A program made the translations under genes and the position numbers. The notes under the pieces were generated by a model. That model was given only the letters and a program-made list of their open reading frames with translations. It was not told where the DNA came from and ran no database searches. From contig OX597832.1 in assembly GCA_951406725.2 (NCBI GenBank), positions 17,856,001-17,920,000 of the forward strand: DNA of 64,000 bases, in the 5' to 3' direction. The first letter of the stretch is position 1, and every line of letters starts with the position of its first letter. Below are positions 11,956 to 25,988 of this stretch, one piece after another. The DNA comes from Octopus vulgaris. Lineage: Eukaryota.

Positions 11956-12739
11956 ATCCTCTTTACATTCACCAATATGCTTTTGGCGAATTTAGAAACG
12001 CGCAGTGAGATTAACCAGCTTTCTTCTTGCATCTTTCTGACAGCTTTGGGTATTCAAATATCACCTGTTTATGTAATATAACGCTGGCATGCCTTTTTTT
12101 CTTTCATCTTTATGTTGCATGTCAAGAGCTCGTCACTTCAGAGTTATCTGTACAAAAGATGAATCTAGAGTTTCACTCAAATTTCAATCGATATTTTCAT
12201 ACGGCCAAGCCTTTGTTTGCGAGAATGTGCAAGTCTTGTTGTTCTTATTGTCGTAAGAACTGTTCATATGAATACCATTGTTGCTAGAAAAATATAATAT
12301 AATAATTGTGTGTGACTTGCAGTACAATATTTGTTATGTTTGATTCTTTTGTAACTAACTCTTTTTTATTTTAATTTTTATTGGCTTGAAAACATTGTAG
12401 TTATTTGTGGTAATCAGGTTGTATTTTATGAAGACAAATCACAAAAAAAAAACTCTCTATATAAAAATATTTATCTTACAAGAAGCATTATTTCTCATAT
12501 GAACCCTATATAGTAAGGATTTCTAATTCTTCGAAAGCTATTTAGGATCGGATATGTTATCCCTCAACACTGGAAAAAGTTTATTTTTATAAACAATGAT
12601 ATAGCACACTAAAGAATGTACCCAAAACACACCTTTATTTGTCAACAACAAATAACAGGAACAAGGACAACAACGACGACAACAACAACAATAAAAAACT
12701 GTATAAACAGCATTAGTAATAAGAATAACGCTAGCAATT

Positions 12740-12830
12740 GTATTAAACCCATACCAGTGCTCAAGACAATACACGCTGTCCTAGAAATAGTTCTGCTAGT
12801 AAATACCTCCTACATGCGCTAGATGCTAGC
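12740..12830 (+). mobile_element. Possible highly decayed C-terminus of an RLE-type LINE
   Basis: CIKPIPVLKTIHAVLEIVLLVNTSYMR* resembles the IPG...I..IQKI.LLGT..ILR terminus seen better in other copies. Confidence 0.35.
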
Positions 12831-13176
12831 GTTTGAATAGACTCTCTCTCGTAGAACAATTATCACAGTCACAACACATTTTATGAAGTAAGACCCACCC
12901 ACTCTGGAAAAAACCCACATGTTCCAACATCTTCCCAAATATACGTCGACACCAAATATAAACAGCAGAATACAACTGCTAGAGGTACCAGTGACAACAT
13001 TGGGACTACTGTTTTCATGGCAACGAAACATTTGTGAACTTAGTTACAGAATATGTTAAATATGATTGATAAAAAATCAGTGGGGAGCTTCATGGGAGCG
13101 CACATTCACTGGACATCACACTCTCTTGTATAAGCTCAGAGATAGTACTAACTTCATCGAAATATGTTTAGATGCG

Positions 13177-13341
13177 TAGGCGTAGGAGTGGCTATGTGGT
13201 AAGAAGCTTGCTTACGAACCACATGGTTCCGGGTTCAGTCCAACTGCGTGGAACCTTGGGCAGGTGTTTCTACTATAGCCTCGGGCCGACCAAAGCCTTG
13301 TGAGTGGATTTGTTAGACGGGAAAGTAAAAGAAGCCCGGCG

Positions 13342-13380
<39 letters not shown>

Positions 13381-13619
13381 ATGTATGCGTGTGCATATGT
13401 TTGTGTGTCTGTGATTGCCTCCCCCCAACATCGCTTGACAACCGATGCTGGTGTGTTTACGTCCCCGTAACCTAGGGGTCCGGCAAATGTAACCGATAGA
13501 ATTAGTACTAGACTTCAGAGGAATAAGTCATCGGGTCGATTTGCTCGAGTAAAGGCGGTGCTCCAGCATAGCCACAGTCAAATGACTGAAACACGTACAA
13601 GAGTAAAGAGTAAAAGAGT
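13177..13619 (+). mobile_element. SINE family B, full length (tRNA head, CORE-like ccttgggca segment, internal TA/TG microsatellite, gagtaaaa tail)
   Basis: A-box-like tggctatgtggt and B-box-like gggttcagtcc; colinear with 24156-24566 (minus strand) and 52592-52977. Confidence 0.93.
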
Positions 13620-13630
13620 AGGTGGAAGTC

Positions 13631-14029
13631 GGCGAGCTGGCAGAAACGTTAGCAAACTGGGCGAAATGCTTAGCGGTATTTCATCTGACGCTACGTTCTG
13701 AGTTCAAATTCCGCCAAGGTCGCCTTTGCCCATCATCCTTTCGGGGTCGATTAAATAAGTACCAGTTACGCACTGGGGTCGATGTAATCGACTTAATACC
13801 TATGTCTGTCCTTGTTTGTCCGCTCTGTGTTTAGCCCCTTGTGGGTAATAAAGAAATAGGTATTTCATCTGACGCTACGTTCTGAGTTCAAATTCCGCCA
13901 AGGTCGCCTTTGCCCATCATCCTTTCGGGGTCGATAAATTAAGTACCATTTGCGTACTGGGGTCGATGTAATCGAGTGGCCCCGCCTCCCTCCATAATTT
14001 CGGGCCTTGTTCCTAGAGTAGAAAAGAAT
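13631..14029 (+). mobile_element. SINE family A, dimeric form
   Basis: Head followed by two near-identical cores (13675-13750 and 13859-13934) with different tails. Confidence 0.93.
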
Positions 14030-14650
14030 ATGTTTAGATTTTGAAATTGTAGCATAAAGAAATGGCTAAATCGTAATGTTCCGTTGCATTTAAGAGATGA
14101 AGTTTATGTCGCTTATACCAGTTGAGAGGATATTGTTTTTAAATGTTGTATGGTTTTCGTTTCCAGCCCCACTCTCGGTCTACTTGGGCAAAAGCCTTTT
14201 GTAGCTCTGCACTGTCCTATACCGTGTGTGTGTGCGTATACATACATGTGTGCGTGTATGTTTGTTCACATATAAACATTTGTTTGTATATATTTGTCCA
14301 AATGTGTGTATGTGTGTGTGTGTGTGTGCGTGCGCGCGCGCTTTTGTGCTTGTTTATGTATGCCTGAAAAGAGGAAGATTTACAGCCAGAAAGAGATGAA
14401 AAATCATGTCCATGGCTATCTTTGAGTCTACTGTCATTGCAGCTCTCTTTTCATCAATTACATGTCAATTTCGGGGAAATCTTGACTTCTCAGTTTGTCG
14501 GCCATTTGCATTTTGTCTCAAACTCCACGAAGTATTTGTTTACCTCCATCTGAATAGTAAGTTAAGATCAATAACTCACGAATTCTATCTTCAGACACGA
14601 ACCGCATACTATTTTTGCATAATTGTCCATATTCATGCCACAGTGAGATT

Positions 14651-14960
<310 letters not shown>

Positions 14961-14990
14961 ACACATACACACGCACACACATATATTAGA

Positions 14991-15030
14991 CTAGACTGCC
15001 CGTGACCCGTTGTGTCACCGACAAAATCCG
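14991..15030 (-). mobile_element. Candidate Helitron 3' terminus
   Basis: Minus strand: GTGAC acaacgg GTCAC gggcagt CTAG|T, a hairpin just upstream of CTAG. The 5' TC end was not located. Confidence 0.4.
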
Positions 15031-15660
15031 AGTTTGCTAGCAATGGATTAGTTCGTGCTTTTTTCCAGGTTATTTCTCATACATTCAATAAATGTGCCAT
15101 CGATATTACGTGTAAACGGCTCCTTTCCCCAGAAAAGTAAAGATCTGGCTGCTATTTTTTGCACACCCTGCTATCAGGTAACTGGTCTTTCGCGTCGTTA
15201 ATCGCAAATGGTTGTTACTTCGTAGCAGCATGTGCTAGAAATAGCAACCAACTCTTTGGAGGTGAGATACGTTGAGTGCATTCGAAATAAAAACCTACGG
15301 AGGAAAACTCATTCCCACTGAGATTACAAACAGGTTTTTCAAAATATTTAGTGTATTTATAAAGTTACTTTAGAATATTTTGTAAATAATCAAAGCAAAA
15401 TGTTTTCTAATGATATTCACGGGAAAATAATTTGAAAAAAAAACATTAAAACATTGTGCTACTAAAAACCATCGTACTACACTTTGTCAAATGTTCTTTA
15501 TTACTCTTGGCTTTGAAGTAGCTGGAGATATGATAGTTTGAAAAAACAACAACAGGTTAATGGAATCAAAAGTAAATATTAAAAAAGACGCATTTGACCG
15601 AATTTGGGCATACAAAAGTTTAACACATTAGCAACGATATATATATATATATATATATAT

Positions 15661-15888
15661 ATAGACTTAAATCGTCAATAACCACATATAATTCATCACT
15701 TCCATGGGTGCAAGTAAGTATCTCATTTAATTTGTTATCGTATTTACCACTGACAACGAGAAAATTAACTCAGAAATCGGGACCGATTCGGTAATAACGA
15801 GATTTTTTAAAGAAATTTCTGTCGGCTTGCTTCGAGACGCGTGCTTATAGTGATGAATTATATGTGGTTATTGACAATTTAAGTCTAT
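15661..15888. repeat. 40-bp inverted repeat (15661-15700 / 15849-15888) abutting a TA tract
   Basis: 39/40 complementary by hand count. Confidence 0.92.
15738..15800 (+). ncRNA. Degenerate (probably inactive) type I hammerhead motif
   Basis: TCGTATTTACCA CTGACAA C GAG aaaattaa CTC A GAAA TCGG GA CCGA TT CGGTAATAACGA. All three stems are recognisable; core G8 is A. Confidence 0.55.
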
Positions 15889-16031
15889 TTTCGGCATATT
15901 TGGCATTGGAATTTTTTTCTTTTGCCCTTATTTATAAGTTGTTTATGAATTTAGACTTTGAAGGTATTTTTTTAACATGCTGAGCACTAAAAAATATTTT
16001 TCGTAAATTTTATCCTATATATGATGTAAAT

Positions 16032-16062
<31 letters not shown>

Positions 16063-16065
16063 CCC

Positions 16066-16119
<54 letters not shown>

Positions 16120-16892
16120 GATACCACTATGCAGTGAAACTTTGCCGAACGGAACTCGCTAAAGCGCCGAAAAATGCTTTTTGATACACCGCATTGCATG
16201 TCAAGATGAAGAAATACACGTAAGTGAGCAAAAAAGAGAAAAAGGAATGATAACAAAATAAAACCTGTTATGGCGACGATTGCACACAAATTATTATGCA
16301 ATTAAATTAATACATAAAATGATTACGCAAAAAAGTATATTTTTAAGTTACATGAACGTGTATATATCTATTATATTATTAATTCTAATATATAACGGTT
16401 ACAGTATGTTCTATTGCGAAAAGCAGTGAATGGTAGACGAGAAACTGTCATCGCAAGTCTATCTACCTACCTACCTACCGACCTACCTACCTACCTACCT
16501 ATCTACCTACCTACCTACCTACATACATACATACATACATACCCACATATCTATCTGTCTACCTACCTATCTATATATCCATATCCCTCTCTCTTTCTAC
16601 TCATCTCACTTTCACTCACCCTTCTCTCTCTCTCTATATATATATATATATACATATATATTTACAATGCATGAAACATACGTACATATGTCTGTGTTTA
16701 TGTTTGTTTGTTTGTGTGTGTACTTATGTATATGTACTCGTGCTTATATGTGTCCGAGAGTGTGTGAATATGTATATGAACTTTTGGTGCATGTATATAT
16801 ATATATATATATATATATCGTATGTGTATGTATACCTATGTATGATATCGATTTTATATATTTATATCTATCAGTATCTATATATGTATATG

Positions 16893-16929
<37 letters not shown>

Positions 16930-17004
16930 GTAAACATATATATGTATACATATATAGCCTTATCTTTAGATCTGTATACATACATATAGATATCTGTCTG
17001 TCTG

Positions 17005-17043
<39 letters not shown>

Positions 17044-17366
17044 GCACACAGAATGGCGAGAAAGTGAGAGGAAGAGAGACAATATTTATACTTCGTTTTA
17101 AAATTTGACTTGCAACATTCCTTATGTGCACACAGGTGTTGAACCAGACCTGTTTTGTTGGGCGGGTCATCTCACAAACAATTTTAATGTAATGTTTAGG
17201 TTTTCAATTTGAATTCTTTGTTTTAGGTATTAATATTTCATCCCAGTTCATGAACTCAACAATAACATTCCATTTCTTAACAAAATTTATACTGAAACAA
17301 GATACAGCCACAAATAGATACATATACTTATGCATACATACATACATACATACATACAAACATACA

Positions 17367-17400
<34 letters not shown>

Positions 17401-17574
17401 CATATACATATATATATATATATGTATATAAATAATAATAAATATTAGAGAATAAATCCAAATTTACAGGGAAAAAATCAGATTTAGGATTAAATCCAAT
17501 TTTATAGTAAAATATTATATAATATTAATTCGAGACAAAACCACTATTTTGCAAAACAAACAAGGAAAGACTTA

Positions 17575-17681
<107 letters not shown>

Positions 17682-17779
17682 AGATATAGATATAGTTATA
17701 TAGATATAGATATGTGTGTGTGTGTGTGTGTTTGTGTGTATATGTACAGATATATATATATATATATATATATGTATAG

Positions 17780-17975
17780 TTAATCCAAACATGAATACAC
17801 AACAACGGGAGGACGTGGAACAAGTTTAGTATTATTGGACGCTCAAGAAAGAAGGAAAGAAAGAGGGTTTAACTTTTCGAGCGGAGCTCTTCATCAGAAA
17901 TGTAGGAAAAGGAAAGATCCAAAGAAGGGAAGACGGAGGAAAAAATCGCCAACGGTACACACGCGGTCACATTTT
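17780..17975 (-). mobile_element. Short hammerhead-bearing element, family H1, second copy
   Basis: Colinear with 5022-5240; flanked by (TA)n on both sides. Confidence 0.7.
17868..17900 (-). ncRNA. Minimal type I hammerhead ribozyme motif
   Basis: TTT CTGATGA A GAGC TCC GCTC GAAA AG TT AAA. Perfect stem II and intact core; the stem III C is replaced by A. Confidence 0.7.
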
Positions 17976-17980
17976 GAATG

Positions 17981-18012
<32 letters not shown>

Positions 18013-18174
18013 ATGTGTTGATGTACAACACTCTCACTCACTTTGGGAATGTATCATCAACTGGAACCCTCATAAAACTTTGTAAACATTCTTCGGTCAT
18101 GAACGACAATGGCACAGCACATACAAAATTATCCTTTGAAGCACAAGTCCTGGTAAAGTTCTTTTTAAGGATCA

Positions 18175-18425
18175 GCAGCAGTAGCCCATGCTTACCAGTC
18201 TCCCATCTCCACGCCACCGATGTAATTCAAAGGAAACAAAGAGACAGATACAGATTGGTGGTAGTGATGTCGTAACTAATTTCTACATCTTAGTGAACTG
18301 GGGCAACAGGAATTATAGCTTCCTGCTCCTTGCCCAAGAACTTAAGACAGAGCTCTGTCCGTAAAACGATCTCACTAACCTATACTTGTGTGACCGACGT
18401 TCTAACCACTAACCCATGCGCCTTC
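18175..18425 (-). mobile_element. SINE family C, degenerate
   Basis: Minus-strand head aggcgcatgggttagtggttagaacgtcggtc, ttcttgggcaagg, gttgccccagttcac, and ggcgtggagatgggagactggtaagcatgg matching 45826-45856. Confidence 0.65.
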
Positions 18426-18514
18426 TCTCGCAAGTTTCATGTGTATATATGAATATATAGAACGATAGATGAGTAGATACGTACATAGTGACATAGATAT
18501 AAATACAAATATAA

Positions 18515-18556
<42 letters not shown>

Positions 18557-18565
18557 ATATATATG

Positions 18566-18634
<69 letters not shown>

Positions 18635-19118
18635 CATATATACATATATGAAGAGAGAGATTAAGATCGAAAGATAGATAGCTAAATATATAGATAGATA
18701 CATAGATAGATATAAAATATGTACGTGAATTAGTATTATTTAGGTATGCATATGTGGTATGAAGAGAGAGAAGGAGACAATGGGAGAGGGAGATGCTCTA
18801 ATGTATAAAGTTTGGCAAAACGGGATCGAAAATGTATACCTTATTTATAATGCCATGCACATAATTACTGTGATTTAGAATCACACAATACTGAAATTTG
18901 ATATATGTATACACACACAATAGAGAATATATATGAAATCATTGACACACATAACAGAAATAAAATCTCAGATATGTACAAACAACCAGACACACTGAGA
19001 CACACACATATATCTATATATGCACACACACATATATATGCATGTGTTTTGTATATATACATATATGTATATATATATAAATGTATATATGAATATGCAT
19101 ATAAATGTATACATATGT

Positions 19119-19170
<52 letters not shown>

Positions 19171-19364
19171 GCAACCATGTTAATCTGCCTATGTAAGTAG
19201 CTGTATGTATATACATATACGTATGTACATATAAGTATGTACATATATATATACATATATATATATTCAAATATACATACGTACTTGAGCATGTAAGTGT
19301 ATATATGCATCATAATGTATGCATGTATCAAAACATCTATAAAAACCCATGTGTATGTGTACAC

Positions 19365-19406
<42 letters not shown>

Positions 19407-19561
19407 GTAAATATTTACACCGACAGACACCTGCGGATGTATATTAATATGAATCTAAGTATGGTGTTAATATTTTCATTATACTAAAATATATATATTT
19501 TCCATTCTATGCATTTTGTAAGTATTCCCCTGATATCACGTTTTGAACTTTCGGTATCTCC

Positions 19562-19592
<31 letters not shown>

Positions 19593-19606
19593 TGTATGTT
19601 TGTATG

Positions 19607-19637
<31 letters not shown>

Positions 19638-19752
19638 TATGTATGTTTGTATGTATGTATGTATGTATGTATGTATGTATGTATCTATGTCTGTATTTAT
19701 TTAAGCATGCATGTATGTATATAAGCATTGGTACATATATATGGAGAGTATA

Positions 19753-19793
<41 letters not shown>

Positions 19794-19918
19794 TTATTTA
19801 TATATACACACATACTTGAATATATATATATGCGCACCTGTATATATATGTGTACATACACTTATACATATGTATATTTATACATACATAGATATTTAGA
19901 TATGCATATGTATATACC

Positions 19919-19961
<43 letters not shown>

Positions 19962-20327
19962 TTTTGCATGTATATACATATATATATGTGTGTAAATGAA
20001 TATATATATGTATAAATATATATGCATGTTGTATGCATGTATATATGTATGTATGGAATGCACTAATTAATAAGAGGGATAAGGAGGCAGTTGTACATAA
20101 ACAATATTAAGATAATATATTTTCATGTAGGATTAATCTATATATATAAAAAAGCAGATGACCAGAGAGACGGACATATTAATACGTTAGTTAAAAGTAA
20201 CATAGACTGTTTTGTGATATCTATTTTTCTTTATTTCTATACTCCTATTTCACTCATGTCATCTCTTTCCCACCCAATCTTACAACTTACTGGTACACAC
20301 ACACACACACCGGTATATACACACATA

Positions 20328-20561
20328 AGGCTGCGAGCTGGCAGAAACGTTAGCACGCCGGGCGTCATCCTTAGCAGTATTTCGTCTGCCGCTACGTTCA
20401 GAGTTCAAATTCCGCCGCGGTCGACTTTGCCTTTCATCATTCGGGGTCGATTTAATAAGTACCAGTTACGCACTGGAGTTGATATAATCGACTTAATCCG
20501 TTTGTCTGTCCTTGGTTGTCCACTTTCTAGGTAGCCCCATGTGGGCAGTAAAGAAATAGGT
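20328..20561 (+). mobile_element. SINE family A monomer
   Basis: gcgagctggcagaaacgttagcacgccgggcg...gagttcaaattccgccg...taaagaaatagg. Confidence 0.92.
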
Positions 20562-20633
20562 ATATGCACACATATATATATACATACGCGAACGCACACA
20601 GATATCTATATCTATATCTATCTATATATTTAT

Positions 20634-20699
<66 letters not shown>

Positions 20700-20711
20700 C
20701 TATATATCTGC

Positions 20712-20760
<49 letters not shown>

Positions 20761-21093
20761 CGTTATATGGTCATAGAAATAGATACACAGATAAAACACT
20801 AGCAGGCACCGAAACGGAATATTCCATGGACTAATAGTTAAAGAGAAACAGACACAATAAGCAAAAACAATATCACATATATTTTATATTCATACATACA
20901 TACAAACATACTTACATATATGTATACATAGGTACATACATATATACATTTCTTCCCGTGTTCTTTCAGTTCAACCCTTGGTACATACATGCTTACATAC
21001 ATACATCCTCATAAAGTTTTATTGCGACTTATATATAAATCTATCCATATAATTACTTAGATGTACATACATATGCATGGGTGTGTGTGTGCA

Positions 21094-21152
<59 letters not shown>

Positions 21153-21180
21153 ATACGTCTATATACATGTATGTATATAG

Positions 21181-21211
<31 letters not shown>

Positions 21212-21488
21212 CATTTTCTACAAATATATATATATATATGTATGTATATATATATATATATAAATAAGGATAAGATTGTTAATTTAAATATCGATCTCAT
21301 CAAGTGGCCTGCATGAGAATAAAAACCTTCAAATGTAACAATTATTATTCAAATTAGAAATAGCAGGCAAAACTAGCAGTCAAGTTTTGGCTGCTATATT
21401 CCAACGTGGTGGTATCTTTTAGATACCCTAAATTATAATTTTAATAATATATTTAGATGTATGTATGTATCTATGTATGTACTTTGCA

Positions 21489-21727
<239 letters not shown>

Positions 21728-22189
21728 ACATAAGATGTACGTACTGAAAGTTTCCTGACTTAAAGAGTGTCGCCAACAGCATTGTTGGCGTCCCATACTT
21801 CCGATTTCATTTATAGGACTTAGTAACTCTGAATGACCGCTGCTATAAGTGTGTGAATCTGAGAGGAGTATATGTTGAATAAAATAATGCTTAAGTGCTC
21901 CTCATTTATTTAATTTTTTTCAACATTAAGAACTTTTCACTAACTCTCCATATAACGTGTGTGTGTGTATCATACGCATGTGATACACACACATATATTT
22001 ACTTTAACGTTTTTTTCTTGCATCCATAAATGCGAAACTAGATAGATAGATAAATGATAGATATATAGACAAATACATGGATGGATAGATAGATGAATGA
22101 ATAGATAAATAGATGGATAGACAGGTAGATAGTTGGAAATATATGTATGTATGTATATATACATACATATATATATATGTATATATATA

Positions 22190-22234
22190 AAGATAGATAG
22201 ATAGATAGATACATAGATAAATAGATAGACATAC

Positions 22235-22306
<72 letters not shown>

Positions 22307-22439
22307 TGATAGATAGATAGATAGAGGGATAGTTAGATAGATAGAGGGATAGTTAGATAGTAGACAGATAGACTGACAGATAGGTAGATAAATAGATATA
22401 CAGACAGATTGATAGATAGAATGATAGATAGATAGATAA

Positions 22440-22499
<60 letters not shown>

Positions 22500-22570
22500 A
22501 TATTTAGAGAGATAGAGAGATGTATGTATGTATGGATGGATGGACATATGGATGGATGGATGGATAGATG
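22190..22570. repeat. (GATA)n/(GATG)n microsatellite
   Basis: Direct repeat. Confidence 0.95.
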
Positions 22571-23049
22571 GAAATTTAGTTAGGTTTAGAGTTATATTAG
22601 ATAGCTTCTTCCGACTGTTGTAAACATTTGTTTTGAATCTAAGCATCGACGAACGTACCGCCCATTATCTTATACAGCTAGTTGCAACATATACAGTACA
22701 TGCCGCACATATAGAAAGGGAGATAATAATATTTATAAAACGCTTCTACGTATTAAATTTCATTTAACATGATATTCTTTTTTTCTGTGTTCGGAAGTTA
22801 CACATGTTTAAAAAAAACTTTCTATAAACTTATGTAAATACCTCTTTTATCACACAGAGGCACGCTTATAAACTTAATGACATATAATATACATCTTCTC
22901 ACAAATATGTCTTTTTATAACTTTGTAATAAAGAAATAATCATCATTATCATTATTGACGCCGTCGTCGTTGTCGTCATCTACGTCGTCATTATCATTAT
23001 CATTATCACCATTATTATTATCAATACTGTATTATCATTACCGCTACTG

Positions 23050-23478
23050 AAGCGGTAAGCTGCTAGAATCATTAGCACGCTAGACGAAATGCTTAGCAGT
23101 AATTCGCCTGTCGTTAGGTTCTGTGTTCAAATTCCACCAAGATCGACTTTGCCCTTCATCATTTTCGGGGTCGATAAATTAAGTACTTGTTGAAGACGGG
23201 TCGATATAATCGACCAATCCCCTTCCCCTTCTGGCAAAATTTGAAACCATTATTATTATCGTTTCTAAGGCGGTGTGCTGGCAGAATCGTTAGCATGACG
23301 AGTGAAATTCTTTGCGGCATTTCGGCTGTCTTTACGTTCTGGGATCAAATTCCGACGAGGTAGACTTTACATTGCGTTCTCTACAGGTCCATAAAATAAG
23401 TACCAGTTGAGTACTTAGGTCACTGTGATCGACAAGTCCCCTCCCCCAAAATTACACGCCATGTGCCTATATTAGTAA
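23050..23478 (+). mobile_element. Two head-to-tail SINE family A copies (23050-23248, 23268-23478) in ATT-rich DNA
   Basis: Each copy has a gctg(g/c)cagaatc.ttagca head, a ttcaaattcc B-box and the aagtac core. Confidence 0.85.
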
Positions 23479-23506
23479 AAACTGCTATTATTAATTTTCC
23501 CTAGTT

Positions 23507-23507
23507 T

Positions 23508-23576
<69 letters not shown>

Positions 23577-23637
23577 TTTATTTTTATTATTATTATTATT
23601 ATTGTTGTTGTTATTATTACTATTATTATTACTATTA

Positions 23638-23668
<31 letters not shown>

Positions 23669-23673
23669 TACTA

Positions 23674-23737
<64 letters not shown>

Positions 23738-23812
23738 TATTTTTATTATTGTTGTTATTATTACTATTATTATTACTATTATTATTATTATCATCATTAT
23801 CATTATTACTAT

Positions 23813-23844
<32 letters not shown>

Positions 23845-23982
23845 CTATCATTCTTATTATTATTACTATTATTATTATTATTATCATCATTATCATTATT
23901 ACTATCATTATTATTATCATCATTTTATTATTATTATTAGTAGTAGTATTAGTAGTAGCAGTAGTATTTTTATTATTATTAT
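23507..23982. repeat. Long degenerate (ATT)n microsatellite
   Basis: Direct repeat. Confidence 0.96.
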
Positions 23983-23984
23983 TA

Positions 23985-24155
23985 GGGTTGCGAGCTGGCA
24001 GAATCTTTAGCACGATGGACGAAAACCTTAGTGCTGAGTTCTGAGTTCAAATTCCGTCGAGATCCTTTCCAGTCGATAAATTAATTATCAGTGAAATACT
24101 GGGGTTGATGAAACGACTCGTTCCCTCTCACCAAATTTCAGACATTGTGCGTATA
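23985..24155 (+). mobile_element. SINE family A copy interrupted by a family B insertion; tail resumes at 24567
   Basis: Head gcgagctggcagaatc. Tail cattgtgc-gtata / gtata-gtagaaaa is split by the insert. Confidence 0.8.
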
Positions 24156-24566
24156 CTCTTTTAATATTTTACTTGTTTCAGTCATTTGACTGCGGCCATG
24201 CTGGAGCACCGCCTTTAATCGAGCAACTCGACCCCAGAACTTATTCTTTGTAAGCCCAGTTCTTATTCTATCGGTCTCTTTTGCCGAACCACTAATTGAC
24301 GGAGACTTAAACACACCAGCATCGATTGTCAAGCAATGCTAGGGGGACAAACACAGACACACAAACATACACGCACATATATATATATATATATATTTAT
24401 ACACATATACGACGGGCTTCTTTCAGTTTCCGTCTACCAAATCCACTCACAAGGCTTTGGTCGGCCCGAGGCTATAGTAGAAGACACTTGCCCAAGGTGT
24501 CACGCAGTGGGACTGAACCCAGAACCTGGGGTTAGTAAGCAAGCTACTTACCACACAGCCACTCCT
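24156..24566 (-). mobile_element. SINE family B, full length, with 5-bp flanking duplication GTATA
   Basis: Reverse complement of 13177-13619; GTATA at 24151-24155 and 24567-24571. Confidence 0.93.
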
Positions 24567-24600
24567 GTATAGTAGAAAATACTATTATTTTTATTATGAT

Positions 24601-24742
24601 TTTCGTCTGCCGTTACGTTCTGAGTTCAAATTCCGTCGAGATTCACTGTGCCTTTCATCCTTTCGGGGTCGATAAATTTAGTACCACTTACCCACTGGGA
24701 TCAATGTAATCGACTTAGTCACTTCCCCAAATTTGAGGCCTT
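24601..24742 (+). mobile_element. SINE family A, 5'-truncated
   Basis: tttcgtctgccgttacgttctgagttcaaattccg...gcctttcatcctttcggggtcgataaatt. Confidence 0.85.
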
Positions 24743-24936
24743 TAGAACTCAGCAGAGTGGCATGTAGATGTTTACGTGCGGGTGTGGAGGGGTCAGTGTT
24801 TACATATCTATGCATACATTTGAAAGGAAAATAACTTAAGAAAGATGATAATTATATTATAATTGTAACTAAGGTGGCTTAAAGAAAATATTCTCTACAC
24901 TCAGTATATATAGTGATACATTTGCATATATATATA

Positions 24937-24986
<50 letters not shown>

Positions 24987-25022
24987 TAAAGAACAATAGA
25001 TAGAAAATAGATGAATGGAACA

Positions 25023-25090
<68 letters not shown>

Positions 25091-25752
25091 ATATGTATAT
25101 ATATATGCATATACACTAACACGTACACCACTAACAGATATAAGTATATATTACACACACATATACATGCATACATAGAGACATACATACATGTATACAT
25201 ACATATATGCATACAAGTACATATATTAATGCACGTTCAAATTTATACATTTCTCTATGCCTGCACTCTTAACAGTTTTTAATACATACATAGAATACAT
25301 CGATAAAGACATATATACATGTAGACGTGTGTGTACCTGCGTGTGTGTGCTCGTCGTGTGTGTGTGTGTGTGTGTCTGTACTTGTGCTTCTGTGAGTGCG
25401 TCTCTTTCTCTGTTTGTGTGTCAATTTATATTCATATACTTTTACATATTTCTCGCGAAAAAAATGTTTTATGTAATTTTATATTAGTGTATTTTGAACG
25501 AATTTATGACATAAATTTGTTTAAATGCGTTAAGGCCTGTTTATGTATTTCAGCAAATATAATACAGTTGATTCTGCTACTCATACTTATTCTAATTTAG
25601 CATCTCTGTTGGTAGAACATCTTCTAATGAATCTAGCAGAATATTGATAGGTGCTTCGATTATATTTCTGCATGCGCGTTTTTAGATATCAGCAGACAGA
25701 CAGAAGAACACTTTAATAAAAAACTAACTCCTTAAAGCTCCAAAATAGACAC

Positions 25753-25877
<125 letters not shown>

Positions 25878-25879
25878 TG

Positions 25880-25918
<39 letters not shown>

Positions 25919-25924
25919 GTGTAT

Positions 25925-25988
<64 letters not shown>

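Larger units (their letters stand above)
11266..12020 (+). repeat. 64-bp direct repeat pair (11266-11329 and 11957-12020)
   Basis: tcctctttaaattcgccatgatgcttttggtgaatttagaaacgcgcagttagattaactagct vs tcctctttacattcaccaatatgcttttggcgaatttagaaacgcgcagtgagattaaccagct; 57/64 identical by hand count. Confidence 0.9.

Noticed and set aside
13011-13024. RFX X-box-like GTTTTCATGGCAAC
   Set aside because: Single motif with no promoter context.
13177-13260. tRNA gene calls for SINE heads
   Set aside because: A/B-box-like motifs are present but there is no cloverleaf, and they continue into repeat bodies.
21771-21790. 8-bp GC hairpin cgccaaca-gcat-tgttggcg
   Set aside because: Isolated, with no CTAG end or ribozyme core; bacterial terminator logic does not apply here.
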